Source of the DNA: Aulosira sp. ZfuVER01
Lineage (GTDB): Bacteria; Cyanobacteriota; Cyanobacteriia; Cyanobacteriales; Nostocaceae
NCBI GenBank assembly: GCA_034530615.2
Contig: JAVRCV020000008.1
Span: 64,001-128,000, forward strand
Length of the DNA: 64,000 bases
Direction of reading: 5' to 3'
How positions within the stretch are numbered: position 1 is the stretch's first letter; each line of letters starts with the position of its first letter. A program made the position numbers and the translations under genes. This document shows positions 39,601-48,980 of this stretch, piece after piece. The notes below the pieces were generated by a model. It was not told where the DNA came from and did not search any database. It saw nothing but the letters and a program-made list of their open reading frames with translations.

Positions 39601-42156
39601 GCCAAAGAACTCAAAAGCAAGGTATATAACCTCTTCAATTTATTTATCCGGCCTTGGAAAGAGCATATTAAAACAACTCTCAAACCATTTATTGAAGGAG
39701 CGCATAGCGGACTAGAAACAGGCGATATCGAGTTTTCTAGCTATTGTACAATTAACTACTGCTCTAATTTATTCTTCGCAGGAGAGCAACTAGGAAAGGT
39801 GCAGCAGCAGCAAAAACAATACTTCGAGCTACTGCTAACACTGAAGCAAGAATATTCAATCAACTGCGTGAGAATCTGGCGACAACTTACTTTAAATTTG
39901 TTAGGAAAAGCCGATAATAAATATCAACTAATTGGTGAAAGTTTTGATGAATCTCAAAGCTTACCTGATTTCTTAGCAGCAAACAATCCAATTTTGCTGT
40001 TTCTTACATACAATGCCAAAGTCACTTTACTGTATCTATTTAAAGACTATGCCCAAGCAGTTACCAATGCGAAATTAGCCGCAGACTACATTACGCCTGT
40101 TATGGGGTGGGTGATATATGTTGGTAACTATAACTTCTTCTATTCCTTGGCGCTTCTCGGTTTGTATTCTCAAGCGAAAACTAGCGAACAACAACAGTAT
40201 CTAGCTCTGGTTGAAGAACATCAGCAAAAAATGCAGCAATTAGCCGATCGCGCTCCTTGCAACTTCCAGCATAAGTACGAACTGGTAGAGGCAGAAAAAG
40301 CCCGAGTCTTGGGACAAATTTTGGCCGCAATGGAGCTTTACGACAAGGCGATCGCTAATGCCAAAGAGCAAGGATTCATTCAAGATGAAGCCTTAGCCAA
40401 CGAACTAGCAGCAGAGTTTTACTTTTCGCTGGGACGAGAGAAAGTAGCTCAAACTTATTTAATAGAGGCTTACTACACCTATATTCGCTGGGGAGCGACA
40501 GCAAAAGTTAAAGATTTAGAATTAAGCTATCCAGTAATTTTCTCCCAAATTCATAAACGAGAAACTGTAGATAGGGAATTAACTCAGACGACAACCTCGA
40601 CTAGTGGGATTGCATCCAGTATCTTGGATTTCACCACCTTTATTAAAGCATCGCAAGCTTTAACGGGTGAAATTGTTCTGAGTCGTTTGCTAGAAAAGTT
40701 GCTAAAAATTGTCATGGAAAATGCAGGCGCTCAAACGAGTTACTTGCTTTTAGAAAAAGCAGGACAGTTATTAATTGAGGCTAAGGGTTCGGTTGCGCAA
40801 GATGAATTCACTTTATGTTCGTCTATTCCTGTAGAAACTAAAGATGCTTATTTGCCACTTTCTTTAATTAATTATGTGGCGCGAACAAAGGAAAATATTG
40901 TCTTAAATCATGCCGTTAAAGAAGGAAAATTTACCAAAGACCCTTATATTGCTAAAAATAAACCAAAGTCTATTTTGTGCATTCCTCTAATTAATCAATG
41001 TCAATTAATTGGCATTCTTTACTTAGAAAATAATCTCACTACTGATGCCTTTACTTCCCAAAGACTCGAAGTGTTAGGACTGCTTTCTTCTCAAATAGCC
41101 ATCTCTTTAAAAAATGCTTTACTGTATGCCAATCTAGAATCAGCTAACGGTAAACTTAAAGAAGCAAAAGACAGTTTAGAAGATTACAGCAAAAATTTAG
41201 AACACAAAGTTGAGTTAAGAACGCTGGAACTTAAAGATAAAAATCAGCATTTACAACTAGCTTTGCAACAATTGCAGCAAACTCAAACTCAACTGATTCA
41301 AACCGAAAAAATGTCCAGTTTAGGACAACTAGTTGCTGGTGTAGCGCACGAAATTAACAACCCAATTAACTTTATCAATGGCAATCTTGTTCATACAAGT
41401 AGATATCTTCAAGATTTGCTAGAGCTAGTGCAGGACTACGAAGAATATTATCCAAATCCTGTATCGGAAATCATAGATAGACAAGAAGCTATTGATTTAG
41501 AATTCTTGAAAGAAGATCTGCCAAAAACCTTAGAATCAATGAAAATGGGAGCCAATCGCATCCGCGAGATTGTGCTGTCGTTGCGTAACTTTTCTCGCCT
41601 GGATGAAGCGGAAATGAAAGATGTTGATATTCATGAAGGCATTGACAGTACATTACTAATTTTGCAACATCGCTTAAAAGAGAAGGCAGAACGACCAAGA
41701 ATTGAAGTTTATAAAGAGTACATTCAACTTCCAGAGGTGGAGTGTTATCCTGGGCAGCTGAATCAAGTCTTTATCAATATTTTGACAAACGCGATTGATG
41801 CCATCGAACAGCAGTATGCCGATAGTCATGTTCTCTGTTCTTTAGGGGAAAAAAATGGGAAGACTTCTGATGCGATCGCTAATTCGCCAACCATTCATAT
41901 TTGTACAGAACGGCTAGATGTTCACCACGTCGCAATCCGCATCACAGACAATGGCCCTGGAATGACAGAAGAAGTGCGAAAGCGAGTTTTCGATCCTTTC
42001 TTTACAACCAAACCAATTGGTTCTGGTACAGGTTTAGGATTATCGATTTGCTATCAAACTATTGTTGAAAAGCACCGAGGTCAACTGAAATGCAACTCTG
42101 CGCTAGGGAAAGGATCTGAATTTATCATTGAGATTCCTATCCAGCAGCATAAGTAA
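36628..42156 (+). CDS. Hybrid Ser/Thr kinase-AAA ATPase-GAF-histidine kinase (HstK-type)
   Basis: HKDIK, DFS and SPEQTGR kinase motifs; Walker A GYSGIGKS and Walker B LFLDD; GAF; H-box AHEINNP; N, G1, F and G2 boxes. ATG 36628 preferred over ORF-track 36565. Confidence 0.95.
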   Translation: MITLLEYKVTETVYEDSRTVIYRAIRGKDKKSVILKTLRADCPTLEEISQLRHEYDISKKLKIAGIVQPYRIENYRNSLVIVLEDFSGQSIKQFIDNNHIDIVDFLKIAIHLAKTLFSLHENQIIHKDIKSQNIIINPETLEVKITDFSIASRLSKENSNFSNPKFIQGTLAYMSPEQTGRMNRSIDYRTDFYSLGVTFYEILTGKLPFPTNDPLELVHCHIAKQPLSPSELKPEIPVTISNIILKLLAKTAEDRYQSALGLQADLENCLVQLEVTGKIENFILGEKDHSGQLQIPQKLYGREAEVTTLIKAFTRVANVAENPANSGATEMMLVAGYSGIGKSALVNEVHKPIVKARGYFIAGKFDQFKRNIPYSSVVNAFQDLIRQLLTESQENITIWKQKLLEALGANAQAIVEVIPEVELIIGQQPDIPQLGPAESQNRFNRLFQKFIQVFAQGEHPLVLFLDDLQWSDSASLKLIQLMMTDPDSKHLLLIGAYRDNEVSATHPLMLTLEEIQKTGATVNAIALQALAVDHVCQIVADTLKESEKSQPLAELLFNKTQGNPFFLTQLLQTLHQEKLLTFDFKSDTWQWDIAKIQSIGITDYNVVELVARNIQKLPPATQEVLKLAACIGNSFNLDVLAIVREKSQSTTATELWSALQSGLILPLSNAYKIPLATDDELQIIDGLEQLNTSCEALIISYKFLHDRVQQAAYSLIPEEQKQETHLKVGQLLLKNTSPEKIEENIFDIVNQLNIGVELISERTQKDDLARLNLIAGRKAKAATAYEPAVRYLTVGLGLLAPDSWQTHYDLTLNLYVETAEAEYLNTNFQQSAALTEVVLQHATTLLDKVKVYEIQIQYYFAQSQMGAALETGLSVLEMLGVSLESDSNNVHWVVEIPGIEDLNNLPIMSDPHKLAILRLLINVSASSTFAKPEILPLIILTQINFCLEHGYSGLAAFAYVLYGMLLCTVKGDTETGYLSGKLALKLLDKFNAKELKSKVYNLFNLFIRPWKEHIKTTLKPFIEGAHSGLETGDIEFSSYCTINYCSNLFFAGEQLGKVQQQQKQYFELLLTLKQEYSINCVRIWRQLTLNLLGKADNKYQLIGESFDESQSLPDFLAANNPILLFLTYNAKVTLLYLFKDYAQAVTNAKLAADYITPVMGWVIYVGNYNFFYSLALLGLYSQAKTSEQQQYLALVEEHQQKMQQLADRAPCNFQHKYELVEAEKARVLGQILAAMELYDKAIANAKEQGFIQDEALANELAAEFYFSLGREKVAQTYLIEAYYTYIRWGATAKVKDLELSYPVIFSQIHKRETVDRELTQTTTSTSGIASSILDFTTFIKASQALTGEIVLSRLLEKLLKIVMENAGAQTSYLLLEKAGQLLIEAKGSVAQDEFTLCSSIPVETKDAYLPLSLINYVARTKENIVLNHAVKEGKFTKDPYIAKNKPKSILCIPLINQCQLIGILYLENNLTTDAFTSQRLEVLGLLSSQIAISLKNALLYANLESANGKLKEAKDSLEDYSKNLEHKVELRTLELKDKNQHLQLALQQLQQTQTQLIQTEKMSSLGQLVAGVAHEINNPINFINGNLVHTSRYLQDLLELVQDYEEYYPNPVSEIIDRQEAIDLEFLKEDLPKTLESMKMGANRIREIVLSLRNFSRLDEAEMKDVDIHEGIDSTLLILQHRLKEKAERPRIEVYKEYIQLPEVECYPGQLNQVFINILTNAIDAIEQQYADSHVLCSLGEKNGKTSDAIANSPTIHICTERLDVHHVAIRITDNGPGMTEEVRKRVFDPFFTTKPIGSGTGLGLSICYQTIVEKHRGQLKCNSALGKGSEFIIEIPIQQHK

Positions 42157-42235
42157 GTAGCTCAACGTAAATAAATATAATATGTTTTGTCCACAGCGAA
42201 GAACGTAGACACTACCGAAACAAATAACTAAGTTG

Positions 42236-42312
42236 TACAAGTCTACATGTAAACATTAATATATGCTTACATTATTACATGTTATAATGTGATTAAGTTT
42301 ACATGTAATTAT
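42236..42312. promoter_or_regulatory. Array of ACAT/ATGT boxes (three TACATGT copies) upstream of the RHH gene; candidate operator or centromere-like site
   Basis: TACATGTA at 42244, TTACATGT at 42275, TTTACATGTAA at 42298, plus half-sites ACAT/ATGT between them. Confidence 0.5.
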
Positions 42313-42324
42313 GGAGATGTATAA

Positions 42325-42618
42325 ATGGGCAAGCGTCCCAGCCTTACCTCTGCTTTGCACAAAACAAGCGGCAAGCCTCAATATGAATCACAGCAAGAGC
42401 CAGTATCAGGGCAGATGCGAGTAACTAACGAAGCATCTACAGCATCATCAGTGCCACCAAGCCGCCAGGGGAAAAAGGCGATCGCGGGGCATTTTGACCC
42501 AGCGGTTTCTAAACAGCTAAAACAGATTGCCCTCGATCATGGTACGACTGTACAGGCTTTACTCACTGAAGCCATGAACGACCTCTTTATTAAATACAAA
42601 CGCAACCCGATCGCTTGA
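42325..42618 (+). CDS. Ribbon-helix-helix DNA-binding protein (ParG/antitoxin-like)
   Basis: Disordered N-terminus then SRQGKKAIAGHFDPAVSKQLKQIALDHGTTVQALLTEAMNDLF; GGAG RBS. Confidence 0.85.
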   Translation: MGKRPSLTSALHKTSGKPQYESQQEPVSGQMRVTNEASTASSVPPSRQGKKAIAGHFDPAVSKQLKQIALDHGTTVQALLTEAMNDLFIKYKRNPIA

Positions 42619-42630
42619 TTGTTTATAAAA

Positions 42631-45309
42631 ATGACTCAGAGCCGTACAAAGAAAAGCCCCTTGCCTGATATTCATACTGATCTAATGGAAGATTCAGTGA
42701 TAGCGATAAAACAGGAACCTTACTATAAAACGGAGTTCGGGGCAGCCTATTTGGGAAATAGCCTTGAGTTGATGAAGGAATTACCTGACGAGAGCATCGA
42801 TCTTATCTGTACTTCACCGCCTTTTGCGCTGGTTCGCAAAAAGGAGTATGGAAATAAAGATCAGCATGAATATGTTGAGTGGTTCCTTGGTTTTGCCAAA
42901 GAATTTCAGCGCATCCTAAAGCCATCAGGTTCTCTGGTGATTGATATTGGTGGAAGCTGGCTGAAAGGTTATCCTATCCGCTCCTTGTATCATTTCGAGT
43001 TAGTTATAGAGTTGTGCAAGCCGACCGATAAAGGTGGGTTAGGTTTCTTTCTGGCACAGGAGTTGTACTGGTATAACCCAGCTAAGTTACCTACACCAGC
43101 GGAGTGGGTGACAGTGCGACGGGAGCGGGTAAAGGATGCTGTAAATACCGTCTGGTGGTTATCTAAACAGCCTCATCCCAAAGCCAATAATAAAAGGGTT
43201 CTTCGTCCATACAGTGATGCGATGAAAAATCTACTGAAAAATGGCTATGATGCTAAGTTACGCCCGTCTGGACATGATATTTCTACGAAATTTGGCAATG
43301 ATAGAGGCGGAGCAATTCCACCAAATATTATTAACGGTCAGATTGAAAATAGTAATGGTAGTATAGGTTCCCCTGTTCTTGCTGGCTTTGATTGGCTATT
43401 GCTGAATGATCTGGCGCAACCTGTTAATGTCATTTCAGCTTCTAATACCGCATCTAATGATTATTATCAGAGAAAATGCAAGGAAGAGGGCATCAAGCCT
43501 CATCCAGCCAGATTTCCTCAAGCTCTACCAGAATTTGCTATTAACCTTTGTACAGATAAAAATGATTTGGTGTTAGACCCTTTTGCTGGTTCTAACATGA
43601 CTGGTCGCGTTGCAGAAACACTTCAGCGGCGCTGGTTAGCTTTTGAGCTTGATGAGTCTTACATCAGTGCATCCAAATATAGGTTTGAATCAAATGCGCC
43701 GCTGGTGGTTGAGCCTCTTGCCTTTGAGAAAAATAATAAGGACAAAGTGCTTGAAGTTTTGCAATCTATGCCAGACAACAGGTTATTGAGCAATCGCCCA
43801 AATCAGCACCAACAATTAAGCCTCCCTTTCCTAGAAGATATAGACTCTATGGAACAACGCCAACTTAAATTCACCTATGGACACCAGTTTGAATCTGAAA
43901 AGTTTTCTTTACCTGAAATTGTGCAGCTGTGTATAGATTGCGCTCCCGATCGGCGAGAACTACAGAAACAGATTGCTGATCGATATTTTGCTGGTCATTC
44001 CAAGCAAAGCACCGATCCTGCAAAAGCATTGGAAAACATAGGTAAGTTGTCTATGAATTGTTTCTTATCCTTACGGGCATATCAACTTGTTGAAAAAATA
44101 GGCGATGATGATTGGGCTTATCAGGTTACTGACATTGCGAATGAAATTCTTCAGGCAAAGAATGATCCTCAAGCTGTTGCTAGTATATTTGCCCGCCATA
44201 TCCTGACTAATCTTACTGGTATGTCACTATTGAAGGCTGTTGAGGCAATTAACGCCAGAGGAGATAAACCACAGCTAGAAGTGATTGGCTATGAACTGCA
44301 AGAGATGGGATATTCCCTTTCTCCTAATGCAATTTATGTCAGTACCATGCGGAAATGGCTTGAGCTTGCAGGAGTTTTTGAGCGCGAGTATGAGATTAAC
44401 TGGGATACAGTTTCTGACTTGCTTGGGCTTGATAAAGACTATGTTGATGAGCTTTACACCCTAACACCGCAGCAGAAGTATTTTCTGCTGGCTATGATTC
44501 ACCTTGATATTGAGGTATTGACACCGTGGAACAAGGTTAAAGATTATGCGACCAGTGCCTATAAGATTCGATTGCCGAGTAAGTCTTTTGTTAAAGATGT
44601 TATTGAACCTTTAGTTGCTCTTGATTTAATTGAAACCGAAAAAACAACTGGAGGGCGAGGAGCTAAACCAAACTCTGTTAAATTGACCGATAAAGCCAGA
44701 GCGGAGCTTGTTTCCCGCCTTCTTTCAAGTATTGCCGATTTAACTGAAATTTCTCAGACCGAACTTAATAAAGCTTTTGAAGATGTTATCAATGATCTTG
44801 ACAGTGAGGATAGGCATGTCAAGGGCAAGGCTTTAGAGTTATTAGCTATTTGGATGATTAGACTAACCAGCTTACGTTTCACCAAGTGGCGCAAGCGTGA
44901 TTATGAAACAGGTCAAGGCGAAGTGGATGTTCTTGCCGCTTCTGATAGGTTTGTTTACCACCGTTGGCAAATTCAGTGCAAAAATACAAAGCGTGTTGAT
45001 GTTGATGTTTTGGCGAAAGAAGTAGGGATGACCTTTGTGACTGGTGCTGATGTGGTAATGGTTGTGACTACTGGAGAATTTACAAGAGATGCTTTCCAGT
45101 ATGCCTACCGCATGATGGAGGTTTCCAGATATTACATGATATTGCTTCAGAAAGAAGATATTGAAGCGATTAAGCAAGATAGAACCAGTATTATCCAGAT
45201 ACTTGACCGTAAAGCCCGCCGAGTTTTTGCTAAGAAAGAACTTGGCATGACTGACGAGTCAGTCGATCAGGTAGAGGAAGAACTTGCTACTTTAAGTGAC
45301 TGTAACTGA
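42631..45309 (+). CDS. Fused beta-class N4-cytosine DNA methyltransferase (M.PvuII-like) + Mrr-like PD-(D/E)XK restriction endonuclease
   Basis: TSPPFAL.RKKEYGN, WYNPAKLP, VKDAVNTVWW, RPSGHDI, HPARFP and DPFAGS; C-terminal GEVDVLA...WQIQCK...VVTTGEFT. ATG 42631 (ORF track TTG 42619). Confidence 0.88.
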   Translation: MTQSRTKKSPLPDIHTDLMEDSVIAIKQEPYYKTEFGAAYLGNSLELMKELPDESIDLICTSPPFALVRKKEYGNKDQHEYVEWFLGFAKEFQRILKPSGSLVIDIGGSWLKGYPIRSLYHFELVIELCKPTDKGGLGFFLAQELYWYNPAKLPTPAEWVTVRRERVKDAVNTVWWLSKQPHPKANNKRVLRPYSDAMKNLLKNGYDAKLRPSGHDISTKFGNDRGGAIPPNIINGQIENSNGSIGSPVLAGFDWLLLNDLAQPVNVISASNTASNDYYQRKCKEEGIKPHPARFPQALPEFAINLCTDKNDLVLDPFAGSNMTGRVAETLQRRWLAFELDESYISASKYRFESNAPLVVEPLAFEKNNKDKVLEVLQSMPDNRLLSNRPNQHQQLSLPFLEDIDSMEQRQLKFTYGHQFESEKFSLPEIVQLCIDCAPDRRELQKQIADRYFAGHSKQSTDPAKALENIGKLSMNCFLSLRAYQLVEKIGDDDWAYQVTDIANEILQAKNDPQAVASIFARHILTNLTGMSLLKAVEAINARGDKPQLEVIGYELQEMGYSLSPNAIYVSTMRKWLELAGVFEREYEINWDTVSDLLGLDKDYVDELYTLTPQQKYFLLAMIHLDIEVLTPWNKVKDYATSAYKIRLPSKSFVKDVIEPLVALDLIETEKTTGGRGAKPNSVKLTDKARAELVSRLLSSIADLTEISQTELNKAFEDVINDLDSEDRHVKGKALELLAIWMIRLTSLRFTKWRKRDYETGQGEVDVLAASDRFVYHRWQIQCKNTKRVDVDVLAKEVGMTFVTGADVVMVVTTGEFTRDAFQYAYRMMEVSRYYMILLQKEDIEAIKQDRTSIIQILDRKARRVFAKKELGMTDESVDQVEEELATLSDCN

Positions 45310-45527
45310 GATGAATGATTACCCCGAAAATCCTATAGAGGCTTTACCTATAGCCTTTCCAGAGAAAAGTTAAGTTTTAACAGTCAGAGTTTCACATTCC
45401 ACCACATTTCATGTAAAGCCGTCCTATAAAGACGGGGTTTCTACTCAGATTTTCGATGAAACATAGACAAGGAGAATAATTAATAACCAATGCTCAATGC
45501 TCCATGCCCTATGCCCCATTCCTTTTT

Positions 45528-46310
45528 TCACCGGAATAATTGAGGGTAAATTTGTCTCCACGCCAGCCAGATGGAGACGCCCATTAATAGCAACAACCAA
45601 ATCAGGGCTGCTAACCACCACTGTGGTACACTGAACGGCCAGCGTAATAGATCGACAAAGGCTGCTAAGGGTAACGCACTCGCTACTTTTTGGAGTATGG
45701 GAGGAAGTGTTTCGCGAGGAAAATAAGTGCCGCAGATTGTAAACATGGGGACGATTAATAAAAAAATCGGTACGTTTAATTGATCTACTGTGCGGACAAT
45801 TCCTGCGGTTAGCAGTCCCATTGCGGCAAATAGAAGACAGCCTAGACAAATTAGGGGTAAAGATAAAAGCATATTCCACCCCGAATATAACCCCCATAAA
45901 ACTACTACGATTGCAGTGAATAGACCCGCTATCAAACCGCGAGTTGCTGACCACAGCCATTCGCCTAAAAACACTTCGGCAAATGTTAGTGGTGCTGTCA
46001 ACAATGCTTGCCAAGTTCGTTGATATTTCAAACGGATAAAACTACCGTAGGCTCCTTCAAAAAAGGATTGATTGAGGACTGCGATCGCAATTGCTCCCGG
46101 AGCAATAAACTCTAAATAACTAATGCTTCGTCCGCTATAAGTTATCTCTCCCACTAAGGGAGTTAAGCCATAACCAAAAGCCACCAAATAAATTAAGGGT
46201 TCTAAGATTGGCGGTAGTAAGTTAACTAGCCACGTATGTTGGTAAACCTTCGCATTCCGACGCCAGACAGAGTAGATACCCCAAACGGTAATACTTGAAT
46301 TTAACTTCAT
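45528..46310 (-). CDS. ABC-2 exporter permease (NodJ-like)
   Basis: EPLIYLVAFGYGL, YLEFIAPG, six TM helices. Confidence 0.9.
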   Translation of the reverse strand: MKLNSSITVWGIYSVWRRNAKVYQHTWLVNLLPPILEPLIYLVAFGYGLTPLVGEITYSGRSISYLEFIAPGAIAIAVLNQSFFEGAYGSFIRLKYQRTWQALLTAPLTFAEVFLGEWLWSATRGLIAGLFTAIVVVLWGLYSGWNMLLSLPLICLGCLLFAAMGLLTAGIVRTVDQLNVPIFLLIVPMFTICGTYFPRETLPPILQKVASALPLAAFVDLLRWPFSVPQWWLAALIWLLLLMGVSIWLAWRQIYPQLFR

Positions 46311-47251
46311 CCTAATGATGTACCAGTAAGTCGTAGGAACACATCTTCTAAATTAGCCCGTCTGCGAGTCAGGCTGGTTGGTTGAGTAGCAACAAGTTGT
46401 TCCCATAAAAGATTGGGATTGTTTGCAGGTAAAGTTACGAGATAACTGCTACCAAATGGACGATACCAAACTCCTGTTGATATCGCTAGCTGTTGCAAAA
46501 TAGATTCTGCTATACCTTCAATTTCAACTATTTCTTGCCCAACAATACGCTCAATTAATTCTATCGGACTACCTCGATCAATCACTTGTCCTTGCTGAAG
46601 TAAAAGTAGGCGATCGCATAATCGCTGTGCTTCATCCATATAATGAGTTGTGAGCAGCACAGCACTACCATTTTGTTTAAGTTGACTAACTAATTTCCAA
46701 AAATCTTGTCGCGCATCTGGATCTAAACCTGTCGTTGGTTCATCCAAAAAAACTACTTGCGGATGGTTAATCAAAGCACGCGCCAAAACAACTCGTCGCT
46801 TGAGTCCACCAGAGAGTTGATCGATGCGATACTTGGCATAATCTTGCAGTCCTAATTGCTCTAATAATTCTCCAACTCGATGTCTTGCTGTTTTCCCAAC
46901 TAAGCGATAGTGATGGGCAAAGTGAATTAAGTTTTGAAAAACAGTAAACTCTGGATCTAAGTTATCTTCTTGAGTAACTATTCCCATAAAAGTACGAGCT
47001 TGGCGGCCTTGATGCTGTACTTGCCAATTTCCCAATTGCACCGCTCCTCGACTAGGAATTACTGCTCCATAAAGCATCCCTAGCGTTGTCGTTTTTCCGG
47101 CTCCATTTGGTCCTAAAAGACCGAGAATCTCTCTAGGATTCAGTGTGAAATTGACGCTTTGAACGACTGGAATATTTCCATAAAATTTCCATAGATCCCG
47201 AACCAATAATGCCATTGATTCTCTTTCATAATTTAATACTAGCTGTCTCAT
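46307..47251 (-). CDS. ABC exporter ATP-binding subunit (NodI-like)
   Basis: GPNGAGKTT, QEDNLDP, LSGG, LDEPTTGLDP, LEDVFLRLTG; overlaps the permease start. Alternative start at 47215. Confidence 0.93.
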   Translation of the reverse strand: MRQLVLNYERESMALLVRDLWKFYGNIPVVQSVNFTLNPREILGLLGPNGAGKTTTLGMLYGAVIPSRGAVQLGNWQVQHQGRQARTFMGIVTQEDNLDPEFTVFQNLIHFAHHYRLVGKTARHRVGELLEQLGLQDYAKYRIDQLSGGLKRRVVLARALINHPQVVFLDEPTTGLDPDARQDFWKLVSQLKQNGSAVLLTTHYMDEAQRLCDRLLLLQQGQVIDRGSPIELIERIVGQEIVEIEGIAESILQQLAISTGVWYRPFGSSYLVTLPANNPNLLWEQLVATQPTSLTRRRANLEDVFLRLTGTSLG

Positions 47252-47306
47252 GGTAGGTTCCCGCTGAAGCTAGATTACCACACTCAAGTGCTTTAGATAC
47301 TTGCAT

Positions 47307-48218
47307 CTACTCTTTCACCGAGCAGACAGTTATTTGATAGAACGAAGCATCACTAAAAACAGAGCGATCGTAAGCTCCAAATTTCTTTTCTATTTTGAAT
47401 CCATTGTATCTTAGCAAAGCTTCTAGTTCTTGGGGAAAGTATAATCGATAAGTTATTTCTTCAATCCGTTCTTGTTCTTCTCCAACCAACTTAAAAAATA
47501 ACTTCGTCTTATAAATTTGCTGGGTTAGATTCAATTCATTAGATGCAGTAACTACTACTGTACCTTCTCCATCTGGATTAGGGTAAATTGAATAGAGATT
47601 TTTTTTAGGATCGAACAACATATCTAAGCTGGCTTTTGTAGCAGGATTAAGCATATCAATAACAAACTTTCCTCCTGGTTTTAAATGTTTCTTTACACAA
47701 GCAAAACAAGCCTCAACCGCTTCTATATCTAAAAGATGCCAAATACAATTGATGGGAAAAATAATCAGGTTAAACTTCTGAGCTAGATCGAAGTTTTGGA
47801 TATCAGCTTTTATCCATTCAACTTGAGCAGACTTCTTTCTAGCTAGTTCTAGCATTGAGTCACCAATATCAATTCCAGTTACTTGGAATCCTTTGTTAGC
47901 TAATGGTATAGCTATTCTACCTGTTCCGCAGCTTAACTCTAAAATTGGATCGCCGTATTGACTAGCCATGTCCAACCAGAAAGGAATATCTAAAGTCGTG
48001 ACATTAGGAACTGGACAATAGTTTTCGTAAATCAAATCGTAATGCCTACCTTCATAATGAAGATATTCCTTTTCTGGAAATATGAAGGAATTTTCTTTTT
48101 CTCTGTCTTTTGAACTTGCGAAGCTTGCATTTACTCGTGTTTCTAATTCATTACTCATTTGCTTTGCCCAACTTGCATCTACGGCAATTACAGGGTTCTT
48201 TACCAAGATAGACATCAT
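47307..48218 (-). CDS. Stand-alone class I SAM-dependent methyltransferase
   Basis: ILELSCGTGRI, GIDI, ADI and HLKPGGKFVID motifs. Confidence 0.92.
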   Translation of the reverse strand: MMSILVKNPVIAVDASWAKQMSNELETRVNASFASSKDREKENSFIFPEKEYLHYEGRHYDLIYENYCPVPNVTTLDIPFWLDMASQYGDPILELSCGTGRIAIPLANKGFQVTGIDIGDSMLELARKKSAQVEWIKADIQNFDLAQKFNLIIFPINCIWHLLDIEAVEACFACVKKHLKPGGKFVIDMLNPATKASLDMLFDPKKNLYSIYPNPDGEGTVVVTASNELNLTQQIYKTKLFFKLVGEEQERIEEITYRLYFPQELEALLRYNGFKIEKKFGAYDRSVFSDASFYQITVCSVKE

Positions 48219-48678
48219 GAGCTTAGCCTATACCTGAGCAATCATCAATGTTATTCTTTATAATCAATTCATAAGTAATATTACTAGTAAGAACTTAATG
48301 TTAGGCGATCGCATCAAACCAGCATTACATATTCCATGCCCAGTTTGCTAAAGACAATATTTTATTGATATTAAATCCCGATTTTAGTTTCAAATTTTTA
48401 CTTTTACTGAAAAATTTAATGAGCTTTTTTTGCGTGTCCGTAATGTTACATAGTAGGTACAAGTTATTAATCATAATAACACCGGAAATTCTACTTATTT
48501 TTAATCTTATTAATTATGTGGAAAAATTCAAAATCCTTGATTTCCAGAATGTTTTGCTAGGATTTTAGCTAATTTTAAAGTAGAAAAAAGTTACCTAACT
48601 TAGATGATATTCCTGTTAGCTTTCTCAAGTTCATGGGAATAATATATACAAGGTTAGATAATTATTCATATTTCTAAC

Positions 48679-48980
48679 ATAAGTAGATCGGCGCAATGAA
48701 AATACTGGTGATGACGGTTATTCTTACAAAGTTCTGAGCGTAGGAAACCTCCGGTCAACGCCAGTTTGTTCAAGTCGGGAGACCCTTTCGGCAGTCGCTC
48801 ATGGGGGAAGCCCTTACGGGTTCTCCAGTTCCTTTATGCCGGGGAACCCGTCCACCGGACTGGCTCACCGCTACGCTAACACCACACGACTGGCTCGACT
48901 TTGCGCTTTGTCATTGGTAAGGATTTCAAGCCTATTTATATAAAGTACATAGCTTGATTAATTTCTACCGATTTACTTAT
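48679..48980. mobile_element. MITE-like element carrying nested small dispersed repeats
   Basis: Ends ATAAGTAGATCGG / CCGATTTACTTAT, the same family as 11873-12007; GC-rich nested hairpins at ~48735-48905. Confidence 0.65.

Noticed and set aside
45445..46014. 189-aa minus-strand ORF
   Set aside because: Same-strand alternative frame within the NodJ-like permease; no motif support.
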